Assembly: GCA_007122985.1 (NCBI GenBank)
Contig: SKSM01000067.1
Coordinates: 1,784-65,783, forward strand
From: Nitriliruptoraceae bacterium
GTDB taxonomy: Bacteria > Actinomycetota > Nitriliruptoria > Nitriliruptorales > Nitriliruptoraceae
Direction: 5' to 3'
DNA: 64,000 bases
This document shows positions 46,503 to 56,916 of the stretch, piece by piece; position 1 is the stretch's first letter; every line of letters starts with the position of its first letter. Both the position numbers and the translations under genes were made by a program. Under the pieces are notes generated by a model. It saw only the letters and a program-made list of their open reading frames with translations. It was not told where the DNA came from and searched no databases.

Positions 46503-48170
46503 GTGAGCCCGGGACGCTGTGCACGCTGTGCGGTGCACACGGGGGACCGCGACGCGCGGTTCTGCCGTTCGTGTGGTGCGGTGCTCTCGCAGCCGGTGGT
46601 GACGTCTGCGGATCGCCCCGCCGAGGCCGACGCAGGCGTGACCATGCGAAGGCAGCCGCTCGGACCTGCGGCCCGCAGGCTCCGGCGAGCGGCACCGGCG
46701 GGCGTTGCGGCCGTCGTGCTGATCGCAGTCGTCGCCGGCATCGGCGGCAGCCCCACGTCGACGACGACCGCCGTCGATCTGCACGTCGATCTGCACGTCG
46801 ATCTGCCGGACCCCGCGGAGGTCGTACGGCCCGCCGGCGACCGGGTCATGGCAGGCCGGCCACCCGAGGGCGGCTGTGCGCCGCCGGGCTGTGAGGCGTG
46901 GTCGGCGACGGCGGGCTTCGGTCCGGTGCTGGTGCACGACGGCAGGGTCTTCCACCTCGATGCCGGGGAGCTCGTCGTGTGGGACGCCACCAGCGGCGAG
47001 GAGCTCACCCGCGCCCGGTCCTTGGTCGGGGCACCGGTGATGCAGCCGTGGTTCACGCTGGTCGAGCGTCCGGCGGGTGACCTGGTGGTGGCGGCCGCGG
47101 CTGTCGGCGGCGGGCTCGAGGCCTGGCGCGCCGACGACCTCGACCTGGCCTGGCGGCTTCCCGCCGGCGGGGCCAGCGACGGTGTCGGACACCTGCTGCA
47201 GGCGTCGGCGGCGTCGATCGTCACGGTGCGGCCACGGCTGGGCGGCGACGACGTCGGTCAAGGCGTCGAGGTGGTCGGCCACGATCCCGACAGCGGCGCG
47301 GAGCGCTGGTCGGCAATCGGGCGTCCGACCGACGCCGACGGCCTGATCGTGGTCCGGCCGGAGGACGCGGCGGCGGTGGAGCAGCTGCTCGATCCGGCGA
47401 CCGGCGAGACGGTGCTGACCACACCGATCGGTTCCTACGCGGGCAGCAGCGCGGATCGTGTCGCTGTGGACCGCGGCGGGGTCGTCGAGGTGCTGTCCTG
47501 GCCTGGGAACGGACGTGTGGCCGAGGTGGTTTCGCAGGGGGACGAGCAGGTGCGGTTCGTCGGCGGGCTCGTCGCGCGTGGACCGTCCGGATGGGCGGCG
47601 ACCCCGGAGGACTGGCTGGGCACGGTCAGGCTGGATGCTGCGCTGACCACCGAGGTGGTCGACCCCGCCGACGGGCGCAGGCTGGCCTCGTTCGACGACC
47701 GTCCGGCGACGGTGGTCTCGGCACCGGGTGGGAGCGACGTGATCATCGTCGAGGAGCATGGCGCGGCCACGACCGTCACGCGCGTCGGGCCATCGTTCGA
47801 GCAGCGGTGGCGCTCGGAGCTTCCGTGGGAGTCGCAGCGGGTGCTACGGGTCCGCACGACGGCACAGGGGAGGGTCGTCGTCGACACGGTCGGAGCGGAC
47901 GGCGCCGTGGTGTACTGGCGGTTCGACGCGCGAACCGGGCTGCCCGTGGCCGAGGGGGGATTCGGCTCCACGGCGCCCAACCCCAGTGGCACCGTCAGGT
48001 TCGACGATCTGTCGATCCGCTGGGAGCCGGATCAGACGGTGGTGCTCGGTCCAGCCGGGCTGGTCCGGTTCGCCGGCGACGTCGAGGTGCTGCATCCGGC
48101 CGAGCCGCTGCTCGTCCGCGACGGTGACCAGCTGATCGCGGTCGACCAGGCGCGTGCATCTGCGCGCTGA
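46503..48170 (+). CDS. zinc-ribbon / TM-anchored beta-propeller (PQQ-like repeat) protein
   Basis: N-terminal CARC...CRSCG zinc ribbon, one TM segment (AAVVLIAVVAGIGG) and a long repetitive beta-rich region. Family assignment tentative. Confidence 0.55.
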   Translation: MSPGRCARCAVHTGDRDARFCRSCGAVLSQPVVTSADRPAEADAGVTMRRQPLGPAARRLRRAAPAGVAAVVLIAVVAGIGGSPTSTTTAVDLHVDLHVDLPDPAEVVRPAGDRVMAGRPPEGGCAPPGCEAWSATAGFGPVLVHDGRVFHLDAGELVVWDATSGEELTRARSLVGAPVMQPWFTLVERPAGDLVVAAAAVGGGLEAWRADDLDLAWRLPAGGASDGVGHLLQASAASIVTVRPRLGGDDVGQGVEVVGHDPDSGAERWSAIGRPTDADGLIVVRPEDAAAVEQLLDPATGETVLTTPIGSYAGSSADRVAVDRGGVVEVLSWPGNGRVAEVVSQGDEQVRFVGGLVARGPSGWAATPEDWLGTVRLDAALTTEVVDPADGRRLASFDDRPATVVSAPGGSDVIIVEEHGAATTVTRVGPSFEQRWRSELPWESQRVLRVRTTAQGRVVVDTVGADGAVVYWRFDARTGLPVAEGGFGSTAPNPSGTVRFDDLSIRWEPDQTVVLGPAGLVRFAGDVEVLHPAEPLLVRDGDQLIAVDQARASAR

Positions 48171-48549
48171 TCAGCTGGCAGCGGTGTCAGGGTCGGGTCA
48201 GCAGCCGCAGCAGCAGCCAGGCGGCCAGGAGCCCTGCGGCCACCAGCACGAGCGTGTCGGTGTTCTGGGCGACCCAGTCACCGACCATCAGCACGGTGTC
48301 GCCGACGGCGCGCACCCACCCGGACCCGTCGACGGTCCGAGTGTCCATCTCGACCCCACCCATCCGCGCTCCCGCCCCGGCCGAACGGCACGTGGTCGTT
48401 CCCGGCACACGTGCCGTCGGGGATGCGGTCACTGTGCACGAGATTCGCGCGTCGGTCGAGACCTTCCCGCCCCGTGCCGGGGACTGCCCTCGTGTCGCAG
48501 CTGGCCGTGCAGCGACCCGTCACCACGACGTGACGGTGTCCGGCGGTGG

Positions 48550-49812
48550 TCACCGGGTGTCGCGCAGCCCCAGTGAGGTCGGCGTGCCGCTGCCGATGAA
48601 GGTGGCGTAGGCAGGGTGGTCGAACCGGTGGAGGGTGTAGATGCACTGGTGCCATCCGAGCTGGCGGGGGTACGTCGCGAACGTGCGGTCGCGCGCGATC
48701 TTCGTGCTGGCGTTGGACTCGTTGAACTCCGCGATCGCCAGCAGCTCACCGGTGAACTCGTTGTAGTCCTGGCCGCTCTTGCCGACCACGTCGTCGAAGT
48801 AGAGCTTGGGTCGGGGCAAAAACGTCCCCTCGGCCACGTTGTCACCGAGGTGGCGCAGGACGGCGGTCGTTGCCGAGTAGAAGTCCATGTCGAACGACAT
48901 CATCCCGATCGGCGCCATGCCGGACCGGAGGGTCTCGCCGAACGTCTCGCCCGCGTCACCGAGCACGAGGTGTGCGCGAGTCAGACGCCGCCGCAGCGCA
49001 TCGACGTCCATGCGGTAGTTGCCGCCCGCGAAGAAGTAGGGCAGGTCACGGATGTCCTCGGGCTCGAACAGCCCGGCGCCGGTGTCGAAGCCGTAGACGT
49101 CGACCGAGACGCCGAATGCCTCCTCGATGCGCTCGGCGTGCCGTTCCAGGGCGAGCAGGCCGTTGCCTCCGGCGACACCGAACTCCACGGCGCTGATGCG
49201 TCGGATGCCCAGTTGCTGCGCCTGCTTGCTCGCGCGCAGCAGGCAGTAGGCGTAGGCGGGCTTCTCGATCACCGACAGCTCGACGCGTCGCGGCAGGGTC
49301 AGTCGCGCGGCGACGTCCCGCGGCACCGGCTGCTCCGACTCCTGCGCGAGACGGTCGGCGCGTCGGTAGGCGGAAGCTGCCCGGTCCCAGTCCGAGACCG
49401 CTTCCAGGGCGCGGCCGAGTCGGTAGTGATAGGCGGCGGATCGTGGGTTGCGGGCGATCGCGGCCTGGTAGGCCAGGACGGCGCCTTCCCAGTTCTTGAG
49501 CTTGGCCTGAGCCCGGCCGAGGTCGTGGTGCCACCCGGCCTTCGACGGATCGAGGTCGACGGCGCGCTGGTAGGTCTTGGCGGCTGCCGCCCACCTGCGC
49601 TTGTCGGCGGCGAGCCGTCCCTGCTGGTGGTAGCGGTGGGCGGCCGGAGAGGTCGACGGTGCCGCGTCGGCCCAGGCGCCTCGCAGACGGGCGGCGCGTG
49701 CGATGATCGGCCGGCCACCGCGGCGCGCGGCCGCCTTCAGGGCGCCCACGACACCTCTGCTGCGGATGCCCCGGCGGACGTCGCGGAGACGGTCGACTGT
49801 GTAGAGCGCCAC
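48550..49812 (-). CDS. TPR-repeat protein with C-terminal methyltransferase-like domain (function uncertain)
   Basis: GTG 49812 lies 5 nt after GGGGAG. TPR-like repeats (AAAKTYQRAVDLDP..., VLAYQAAIARNP..., ASAYRRADRL). C-terminal part contains AVEFGVAGGNG. The upstream 190 codons of ORF 48550-50391 are rejected. Confidence 0.5.
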   Translation of the reverse strand: MALYTVDRLRDVRRGIRSRGVVGALKAAARRGGRPIIARAARLRGAWADAAPSTSPAAHRYHQQGRLAADKRRWAAAAKTYQRAVDLDPSKAGWHHDLGRAQAKLKNWEGAVLAYQAAIARNPRSAAYHYRLGRALEAVSDWDRAASAYRRADRLAQESEQPVPRDVAARLTLPRRVELSVIEKPAYAYCLLRASKQAQQLGIRRISAVEFGVAGGNGLLALERHAERIEEAFGVSVDVYGFDTGAGLFEPEDIRDLPYFFAGGNYRMDVDALRRRLTRAHLVLGDAGETFGETLRSGMAPIGMMSFDMDFYSATTAVLRHLGDNVAEGTFLPRPKLYFDDVVGKSGQDYNEFTGELLAIAEFNESNASTKIARDRTFATYPRQLGWHQCIYTLHRFDHPAYATFIGSGTPTSLGLRDTR

Positions 49813-50126
49813 GATGCTCCCCGTTCCGGCTGTGCAGGCCGGCGTGTCGGTCTCGTGCGACGCACCGGCAGGTGGCATCGACGGTAACGCCGGCCGATCC
49901 CGGGTCCATGTACGAACGCCGGCACCCCGGACAGGACCTCCCGGCCGGTGGCCGGCGGGACGGGCAGCTGCGTGCGGTGAGCTGCCGACGGCGCTGGGGG
50001 ACGCCGGAGCAGTAGACTGCCCGTCGGGGCACGGGCGTGGTTGGTGACCGCGACCGATCGAACGTGTCATGCGTGCGATCGACCTCGTCCCCGAACGTGC
50101 TGTCGTCGTGCTTTGCGAGGTAGTCC

Positions 50127-50900
50127 ATGCGCATCCATCCCCGACCCACGCTGGCGTTGCTGGCCGCTGCAGCACTGTTGGCTGCCGCCTGCGGTGACGA
50201 GGACGCGGGCGAGACCGCAGCACCGGCTGCGGAAACGGAGGACGCCGGCGACGAGGACGCCGACGACGAGGCGACCGCCGACGACCAGGACGACGACGTC
50301 GCGGACGACGAGGCGGCCCCCGATGCCGACGAGTCGGACGAGTCGCCGGACGACGGACTGCTCGAGGGGCTGTCCTTCGATCCGCAGCCACTGTTCATCG
50401 AGTACCGGTTCGTACACGATCAGCCGGAGGCCCCTGAACGCATGACCATCGCCCAGGACGGTGATCGAATCGCGACCTCGTTCACGGCCCAGGGCATGGA
50501 GATGGCCAGCTTCGTCGACGGCGACGAGCTCGTCGCGTCCTGCTTCGACGACGGCAGCGGCTGGATGTGCTTGGAGCAGGATGTCGGCGACCAGGTGCCG
50601 GACGCCTCACCCGGCACCGAGCTCTTCGAGGACCCCACCCTCGACGAGGCCGAGCTGCGCGACCACTTCCTCGACCCGTACCCGGACGAGATCCAGGGCC
50701 GTGAGGTGGTCTGTGGCCGCAGCAGCGAGGTAGCGCCCGGTGAGGGCGAGATCTGCTTCGACACGGCCACCGGCGTGCTCCTGCGGGCCGAGACGAGCGC
50801 GGGCGCTGAGGGTGACCTGCTGGTCGAGGCGGTCGAGATCCGCGAGGCAACCGACGACGACTTCACACCGCCGGCCGAGCCGCAGTCGTTCGGAGGCTGA
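50127..50900 (+). CDS. putative secreted lipoprotein with acidic N-terminal linker
   Basis: Signal peptide ending LLAAAC followed by a DE-rich region. No family recognised. Confidence 0.55.
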   Translation: MRIHPRPTLALLAAAALLAAACGDEDAGETAAPAAETEDAGDEDADDEATADDQDDDVADDEAAPDADESDESPDDGLLEGLSFDPQPLFIEYRFVHDQPEAPERMTIAQDGDRIATSFTAQGMEMASFVDGDELVASCFDDGSGWMCLEQDVGDQVPDASPGTELFEDPTLDEAELRDHFLDPYPDEIQGREVVCGRSSEVAPGEGEICFDTATGVLLRAETSAGAEGDLLVEAVEIREATDDDFTPPAEPQSFGG

Positions 50901-51049
50901 GCCGACCCGACGGCGCCGGCACTGCTGTTCCCGGCCTGCTTCGCGAAGCGCGTGGGGCAGGTCGGGACGTTCGGCAGTGGGCGTGCCCGGCCCGCGGTGC
51001 CACCGTCATGTGGTGGCGGTCGGATCGGCCGGCCGCCCAGGAGCGGACC

Positions 51050-51571
51050 ATGCGTGCGCTGGTGGTGTACGAGTCGATGTTCGGCAACACCCAGACCATC
51101 GCCGAGGCGGTGGCGCAGGGGTTGTCTGAGCACCTGCATGTCGTGCTCGTCGAGGTCGAGGACGCGCCGGATCAGATCGATGCCGACATCGGGCTGGTCG
51201 TCGTCGGCGGGCCGACCCATGCATTCGGCATGAGCCGCCCCGCAACGCGCGAGGATGCCGCGGGTGAGGCGGGGGAGGGGCTGGTCTCGCGGGGGCCGGG
51301 TGTACGTGAGTGGCTCGCCGGGCTCCGCGGCGGCGCATCGGGGGTGTCGGCCGCTGCCTTCGACACCCATGTCGACAAGCGCCTGCCCGGCTCCGCGTCG
51401 CAGGCCGCCGCCAAGCGCCTGCGGCGGCTCGGCTTCCGGCTGATCGCGCGCCCGGAGAGCTTCTTCGTCGCCGACAAGGCGGGGCCGCTTCTCGTCGGCG
51501 AGGAGGAGCGTGCACGGCGCTGGGCAGCGGCGCTCGCGACGCAGACCGAGCGCGGCCGGAGCGTCAGCTGA
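51050..51571 (+). CDS. flavodoxin-like domain protein
   Basis: MRALVVYESMFGNTQTIAEAV N-terminus typical of flavodoxin-fold proteins. ATG 51050 preceded by AGGAGCGG. Confidence 0.7.
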   Translation: MRALVVYESMFGNTQTIAEAVAQGLSEHLHVVLVEVEDAPDQIDADIGLVVVGGPTHAFGMSRPATREDAAGEAGEGLVSRGPGVREWLAGLRGGASGVSAAAFDTHVDKRLPGSASQAAAKRLRRLGFRLIARPESFFVADKAGPLLVGEEERARRWAAALATQTERGRSVS

Positions 51572-51653
51572 GCTGTCAGCCGGATCCGTCGGCTTCGCGC
51601 TCGTAGACTGCTGCGTCAGCGACTCCTGCGTGCAGCGATGTGGCGGAGGGCGC

Positions 51654-52337
51654 ATGAAGCCGGCCATCCTCTGGGATTTCGACGGCACGTTGGCGACGCG
51701 GCCGGGCCACTGGTCACAGGCGATGCTCGAGGTCCTTGACGACCACGCTCCGGGGCATGGCGTCTCGCGCGAGGACCTGCGTGCCACGCTTCGCGGTGGC
51801 TTCCCGTGGCACCGGCCGTACGAGCCCCATCCCCACCTCGATGACCCGGAGCGTTGGTGGGCGGAGGTCGGACGGACACTGGCCGCCGGCTTTGCGCAGG
51901 TCGGCTATGCGCGCGACGCGGCGCTGCTGGTCGCCTCGTTCCGCGAGCAGTTCTGTGACCCCACCGGCTGGGTCGTCTTCGACGACACCGTCCCGTCGCT
52001 CGAGTCTCTGCGCGAGGCAGGCCTGCGGCACGTGATCGTGTCCAACCACATGCCCGAGCTGCCTGACCTCGTCGACGCACTGGGGATCGGCTCCTACGTG
52101 GATGCTGTCATCTGCTCGGCGTCGTTCGGACACGAGAAGCCACACCCCGCGATCTACCAGGCCGCGGTCGAAGCGACCGACGGCGCCGCGCAGCTGATGG
52201 TCGGTGACAACCCCGTGGCCGACGTCCAGGGGGCGCTGGACGTCGGGTTGGACGCTGTCCTGGTTCGACGTCGCGACGACCGCTTCCGATGGTTCGATGA
52301 TCTCGCCGGTCTCACCGCCAGCCTGCTTCAGGGCTGA
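51654..52337 (+). CDS. HAD-superfamily hydrolase
   Basis: Motif I ILWDFDGTL, motif II VSNH, motif IV MVGDNPVADV. Confidence 0.8.
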   Translation: MKPAILWDFDGTLATRPGHWSQAMLEVLDDHAPGHGVSREDLRATLRGGFPWHRPYEPHPHLDDPERWWAEVGRTLAAGFAQVGYARDAALLVASFREQFCDPTGWVVFDDTVPSLESLREAGLRHVIVSNHMPELPDLVDALGIGSYVDAVICSASFGHEKPHPAIYQAAVEATDGAAQLMVGDNPVADVQGALDVGLDAVLVRRRDDRFRWFDDLAGLTASLLQG

Positions 52338-52446
52338 CCTTGCCGTGGGCGAAGCGCCCCGACAGCTACCCTCGCCGCTGGGCCGACGACCGCGACGAGG
52401 GTCGGGGCAGACAGGCTCTTCCGGTCCGACGTCGTCGAGGAAGACC

Positions 52447-52752
52447 ATGCTCGAGATCGAGCTCACGACCGAGGCCGCTGACCTGATCCGCCGCAAGGGT
52501 GGGACGGTCGCGTTGGACTTCATCCGCGCCGTCGGCTGAGGTGGCCAGGCCGAGGTGTCGGTCGACACCTACCTGAAGGGCAAGGACACCAGCAGCTATC
52601 TGCAGGCTGCGCGTGACGACGTCGCGGTGCTGGTCTCGCCGGTGATGGCCCGTTGGTCGCAGCGGGTCAGCGTCGACGTCAAGGGCGCGCTGTTCTGGCA
52701 GTCGCTGGACGTCCGTGTCGAGCACGAGCACGGACCCGCCTGCCGGCACTGA
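52447..52752 (+). CDS. candidate small selenoprotein (in-frame UGA at 52537-52539); alternatively two short ORFs or a pseudogene
   Basis: ATG 52447 follows a GAGG SD. There are 30 high-GC3 codons, then TGA, then 70 more codons in the same frame. A SECIS-like hairpin lies downstream. The joined product resembles small CC/Se-motif proteins (recollection only). Confidence 0.45.
52546..52575 (+). promoter_or_regulatory. SECIS-like stem-loop downstream of the in-frame UGA
   Basis: Lower stem CAGG (52546-49) / CCUG (52572-75). Upper stem AGGUGUC / GACACCU (52553-59 / 52564-70). Apical loop GGUC (52560-63), with the loop about 20 nt after the UGA. Confidence 0.35.
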
Positions 52753-52766
52753 CCCGTGCGGCAGGG

Positions 52767-53405
52767 TCAGGTCGAGGCGGACGGCAGTTCGCTGGCAACC
52801 AACAGCTCGACCTGCGGATGGACCCCCTCGTTGACGTGCTCATGGAGGACGTCCGTGCTGAGCCGGGTGAAGCCAGGGATCGGCTGCGCGAGCAGGTCGG
52901 CGTCGGTGAAGGTGGAGTAGAACCGCGGCGGGTGGAGATCATCGTCGGGCAGTGGACCTTGACGATTGACGCCACCCCACCGGACCACGGTCAGCAGGCC
53001 CCCGACAGCGAGCACCCGCCGGATCTCGGTGAAGGCGGCGGACAGCTCAGCCTGCGGGACGTGGAGCAGGGAGTTGAACGCCAGTGCGGCGTCGAAGGAC
53101 GCGTCTGCGAACGGCAGCCGGGTGAAGTCGGCCACGAGTGCGTCCACGCCGCGGGCACGCGCGCGGCCGACCATCGCCGGCGACAGGTCGACCGCGACGA
53201 CCTGCAGGCCGGTGTCGCCGAGCCGCTGTGCGAGTTGGCCGGTACCGCAGCCGAGCTCCAGCGCGCGATCGCCGCCGCCTGCCCCGAGCACGCGGGCGGC
53301 CAGGTCGTCGACGATGGCCAGGCGCCAGGCGTCGGGCTCCACACGGTCACGCCGATCGGCGTCCTCGTCGTAGGCACGTCGCAGTGCGGCGGTGAACTCG
53401 TTCAT
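52767..53405 (-). CDS. class I SAM-dependent methyltransferase
   Basis: ATG 53405. ALELGCGTGQLAQRL motif I and VAVDLSPAMV post-I. The longer ORF 52767-54050 is rejected because it overlaps the GNAT gene. Confidence 0.85.
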   Translation of the reverse strand: MNEFTAALRRAYDEDADRRDRVEPDAWRLAIVDDLAARVLGAGGGDRALELGCGTGQLAQRLGDTGLQVVAVDLSPAMVGRARARGVDALVADFTRLPFADASFDAALAFNSLLHVPQAELSAAFTEIRRVLAVGGLLTVVRWGGVNRQGPLPDDDLHPPRFYSTFTDADLLAQPIPGFTRLSTDVLHEHVNEGVHPQVELLVASELPSAST

Positions 53406-53475
53406 TCTGTGCACCGTCGTTTCCGGCTGCTGCCTGCCGTGGACGAGCCGTCGGTTGTCGCACGCGTGGTCGGTG

Positions 53476-53943
53476 TCAGATCCGTACCGGGGAGGAGGGA
53501 GCGAGCGTCTTCTCGTACCGCACCTCGTGCTCGTCGGCGACGACGTAGTCGAGTGAGGTGAACGGTTCGTCGATCTGTCCATCCGGGCGGCGCGTCGCGA
53601 TGACCTCGACCCCGGTGCAGCCGTGGCGTGCGGCGAGCGACTCCGCCTCGGACACCAGGGCGCGTTCGATGCGGTCGCGCGCTCCACCAGGTGGCACGGC
53701 CAGGGTGGTGATCCGGGCGAACCGTCCAGCGACGACGAACCGGGGGACGACGCTGAGCGTGAGCAGCCCGACCGCCTCGGCGTCACTGACAGCCGCAAGG
53801 ACGTGGTCGGCGCCGGAGCGGCTGAACCACCGTAGCCGGTCGGCGATGTCGTCGTCCGACGCCGGGTATCCCAGCTCGTCCAGCAGCCGCGTGACGCTGC
53901 CGGCGTCGGCGGGCTCGGCTTTGCGTACCTGTAGTTGGTCCAT
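53476..53943 (-). CDS. GNAT family N-acetyltransferase
   Basis: 155 aa. LAVPPGGARDRIERALVSEAESLAARHG acetyl-CoA binding region. Confidence 0.8.
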   Translation of the reverse strand: MDQLQVRKAEPADAGSVTRLLDELGYPASDDDIADRLRWFSRSGADHVLAAVSDAEAVGLLTLSVVPRFVVAGRFARITTLAVPPGGARDRIERALVSEAESLAARHGCTGVEVIATRRPDGQIDEPFTSLDYVVADEHEVRYEKTLAPSSPVRI

Positions 53944-54166
53944 ACCCCGACGCTACGCCGCCGTGCGGATGACGGCTGACCAACCGGCCCGGTCGTCCGG
54001 TCACCGCAATCGGCGGGTCCGGGACGCTGTGCTGCTCGCCAGGCGCGCACCGATGGAACGGCGGCCCTGAGCTAGCGTCGGTGGTCCCGTCCGACCGGGT
54101 CGGGCCTCTGACCTCGGTCGCGCCGGTTCCACGTCCCGTGCACGTCCATCAACCGGAAGGTGACCC

Positions 54167-55816
54167 GTGAGCGACCACCACTACGACTACGTGATCGTCG
54201 GCGGGGGATCGGCCGGCAGCGCGCTGGCGAACCGGCTCAGTGCCGACCCCGCCAATGAGGTGCTCGTGCTGGAGGCCGGGCGGCGGGACTACCGCTGGGA
54301 CGTGTTCATCCACATGCCGGCTGCACTGACCTACCCGATCGGCAGCCGGTTCTACGACTGGTGCTACGAGTCCGAGCCCGAGCCCAACATGCACGGCCGC
54401 CGGGTGTTCCACGGCCGAGGCAAGGTGTTGGGCGGCTCGTCGAGCATCAACGGGATGATCTTCCAGCGCGGCAATCCGCTCGACTTCGACCACTGGGCCA
54501 GCGAGCCGGGCATGGACAGCTGGGACTACGCCCACTGTCTGCCGTACTTCAAGCGCATGGAGACCTGCCTGGCCGGTGCCGACCAGTGGCGCGGCGGCGA
54601 CGGACCGCTCGTGCTCGAGCGCGGCGAGGCGGACAACCCGCTGTTCACCGCGTTCCTCCAGGCAGCCCAGCAGGCCGGCTATCCGCTGACCGACGACGTC
54701 AACGGCTACCGGCAGGAGGGGTTCGCCCGGTTCGACCGGACCGCCTACCGGGGACGCCGACTCAGTGCCTCGCAGGCCTACCTCCACCCGGTGGAGGACC
54801 GCGCCAACCTCACGGTCATCACCCGGGCGCATGCGGCGCGGGTGGTCTTCGACGACGACCGCCGTGCCCGTGCGGTCGACTACATCCACCGGGGCCGGCT
54901 GCGGCGGGTGCACGCCGCCGAGATCATCCTCTGCGGCGGCGCGGTCAACACCCCGCAGCTGCTGCAGCTCTCCGGCGTCGGCAACGCGCGCGAGCTCGAG
55001 CAGGTCGGCGTGCGACCGGTCCACGACCTGCCCGGGGTCGGCGAGAACCTCCAGGACCACCTCGAGGTCTACATCCAGCACGCCTCGAGCCAGCCGGTGT
55101 CCCTCCAGCCCCAGCTGGCGTGGTGGCGCCGACCGCTGATCGGTGCACAGTGGCTGTTCCTGCGCTCTGGGCCAGGGGCGACCAACCACTTCGAAGCAGG
55201 CGGGTTCGTCCGGACCAACGACGCGGTGGACCGACCGAACCTGATGTTCCACTTCCTGCCCATCGCCATCCGCTACGACGGCACCGCACCCGCAGAGGCA
55301 CACGGCTACCAGGTGCACATCGGGCCGATGTTCTCCGACGTCCGCGGGACGGTGAAGATCGCCTCACGCGATCCGCGTGACCCACCGAAGCTGCGCTTCA
55401 ACTACCTCTCCACCGAACGTGACCGCAGCGAATGGGTCGAGTCGGTGCGCACCGCTCGCGAGATTCTCGCCCAGCCCGCGTTCGAGGAGTTCGACGCCGG
55501 CGAGCTACAGCCCGGAGCCGACGTCCAGACCGACGAGCAGATCCTCGACTGGGTCGCCAGCGACGCCGAGACGGCCTACCACCCCTCGTGCACGGCCAGG
55601 ATGGGCACCGACGGCCAGTCGGTGGTCGATCCCGACACGATGAAGGTGCACGGGCTCGAGGGCCTGCGCGTCGTCGACGCCTCGGTGATGCCGCGCATCA
55701 CCAACGGCAACATCTACGCGCCGGTGATGATGATCGCGGAGAAGGCCGCAGACCTCGTCCTCGGCAACACCCCACTGCCCGCCGAGCACGTACCCGTCTA
55801 TCACCACGGCGGCTGA
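54167..55816 (+). CDS. GMC family oxidoreductase (choline dehydrogenase-like)
   Basis: [23 protein letters not shown] motif, [13 protein letters not shown] and C-terminal HPSCTARMG active-site context. Confidence 0.85.
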   Translation: MSDHHYDYVIVGGGSAGSALANRLSADPANEVLVLEAGRRDYRWDVFIHMPAALTYPIGSRFYDWCYESEPEPNMHGRRVFHGRGKVLGGSSSINGMIFQRGNPLDFDHWASEPGMDSWDYAHCLPYFKRMETCLAGADQWRGGDGPLVLERGEADNPLFTAFLQAAQQAGYPLTDDVNGYRQEGFARFDRTAYRGRRLSASQAYLHPVEDRANLTVITRAHAARVVFDDDRRARAVDYIHRGRLRRVHAAEIILCGGAVNTPQLLQLSGVGNARELEQVGVRPVHDLPGVGENLQDHLEVYIQHASSQPVSLQPQLAWWRRPLIGAQWLFLRSGPGATNHFEAGGFVRTNDAVDRPNLMFHFLPIAIRYDGTAPAEAHGYQVHIGPMFSDVRGTVKIASRDPRDPPKLRFNYLSTERDRSEWVESVRTAREILAQPAFEEFDAGELQPGADVQTDEQILDWVASDAETAYHPSCTARMGTDGQSVVDPDTMKVHGLEGLRVVDASVMPRITNGNIYAPVMMIAEKAADLVLGNTPLPAEHVPVYHHGG

Positions 55817-55824
55817 GCCGGCCC

Positions 55825-56916
55825 TCAGCAGATGCGTGGCAGTGGGTCGCCGACCAGCATGTCCACCACACGGCTGCCGCCCATGGCGGTGCGCATCACC
55901 ACGGTGCTCGCTGGCTCGGCGCGGATCTCGCCGATCACGGCGGCGTCCGCACCGAGCGGATGGGCGCGCAGCGCGTCGATCGCGGCCTCGGTCTGCGCGG
56001 CCGGGACGACCGCGACCAGCTTGCCCTCGTTGGCCACGTAGATCGGATCGATGCCCAGCAGGTCGCAGGCGCCGGCCACCGTCGGTCGCACCGGCAGTGC
56101 CTCCTCTGCGAGGATGACCCCGCAGCCGGCGGCCTCGGCCAGCTCGTTGAGCGAGGTGCCGAGCCCCCCGCGGGTCGGGTCGCGCAGCCAGCGGGTGTCG
56201 GGAGCGGCGGCCAGTAGGGCCTCGGCGAGCTCGTGCAGCGCAGCGGTGTCGGAGGCGATGTCGGCCTCGATCGCGAGCTCGCCCCGGGCGAGCATCACGG
56301 CCATGCCGTGGTCGGCCAGCGTGCCGGTGAGCACCACCGCGTCGCCCGGCTCGACCGTGCGCGCGTCCAGCCGGCGTCCGACCGGGACGTGGCCGACGCC
56401 GGTGGTGGTGATGTAGACGCCGTCGGCGGCGCCGGCTTGCACGACCTTGGTGTCGCCGGTGACGATCCGCACGCCGGCCGCACGCGCGGCCGCGGCCATG
56501 TCGGCGACGATGGCGCGCAGCTCGGCGACCGCGAAGCCCTCCTCGATCACGAACGCGACCGACAGCCAGTCGGGGCGGCCGCCGCCGGCCACGACGTCGT
56601 TGATCGTGCCGTTGACGGCCAGGTCGCCGATCGAACCGCCGGGAAACCGGCGCGGCTGGACCACGAAGGAGTCGGTGCTGATCGACAGCTGTTCGCCGAC
56701 GGCAGGCGGGTCGAGCACGGCCGCGTCACCAAGCGCGGCGAGCGCGGGATCGTCGAACACCTCGAGGAACACCGCGTCGACCAGCGCCCGCGACGCCTTG
56801 CCCCCGGCGCCGTGGGCGAGGGTTACCCGTTCGTCACGCAGCCTCGGCCGGCGCGCGCGGACCGCGGCGATCCGCTCGTCGACGGTCGCGCGGTCGGGAC
56901 GGTCCGGACCGGTCAT
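55825..56916 (-). CDS. hypE: hydrogenase maturation protein HypE
   Basis: ATG 56916. LAHGAGGKASRALV N-terminal motif and C-terminal PRIC. ATGA overlap with hypD. Confidence 0.9.
   Translation of the reverse strand: MTGPDRPDRATVDERIAAVRARRPRLRDERVTLAHGAGGKASRALVDAVFLEVFDDPALAALGDAAVLDPPAVGEQLSISTDSFVVQPRRFPGGSIGDLAVNGTINDVVAGGGRPDWLSVAFVIEEGFAVAELRAIVADMAAAARAAGVRIVTGDTKVVQAGAADGVYITTTGVGHVPVGRRLDARTVEPGDAVVLTGTLADHGMAVMLARGELAIEADIASDTAALHELAEALLAAAPDTRWLRDPTRGGLGTSLNELAEAAGCGVILAEEALPVRPTVAGACDLLGIDPIYVANEGKLVAVVPAAQTEAAIDALRAHPLGADAAVIGEIRAEPASTVVMRTAMGGSRVVDMLVGDPLPRIC

Noticed and set aside
46154-47759. 356-aa and 440-aa minus-strand ORFs opposite the GGDEF and beta-propeller genes
   Set aside because: High-GC shadow ORFs without motifs. 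The plus-strand genes have identifiable domains.
48187-48432. Small minus-strand ORF (possible 53-aa tail-anchored peptide from ATG 48348)
   Set aside because: It has only a hydrophobic C-terminus, with no SD and no family resemblance. The evidence is insufficient to call a gene.
52204-52752. Treating 52204-52539 and 52555-52752 as two independent ORFs
   Set aside because: The first ORF's upstream two-thirds overlaps the HAD gene out of frame and looks like noise. The GTG 52555 start lies inside the hairpin and has no SD. The single read-through frame from ATG 52447 is more coherent. The two-ORF or pseudogene reading is kept as the alternative hypothesis in the finding.
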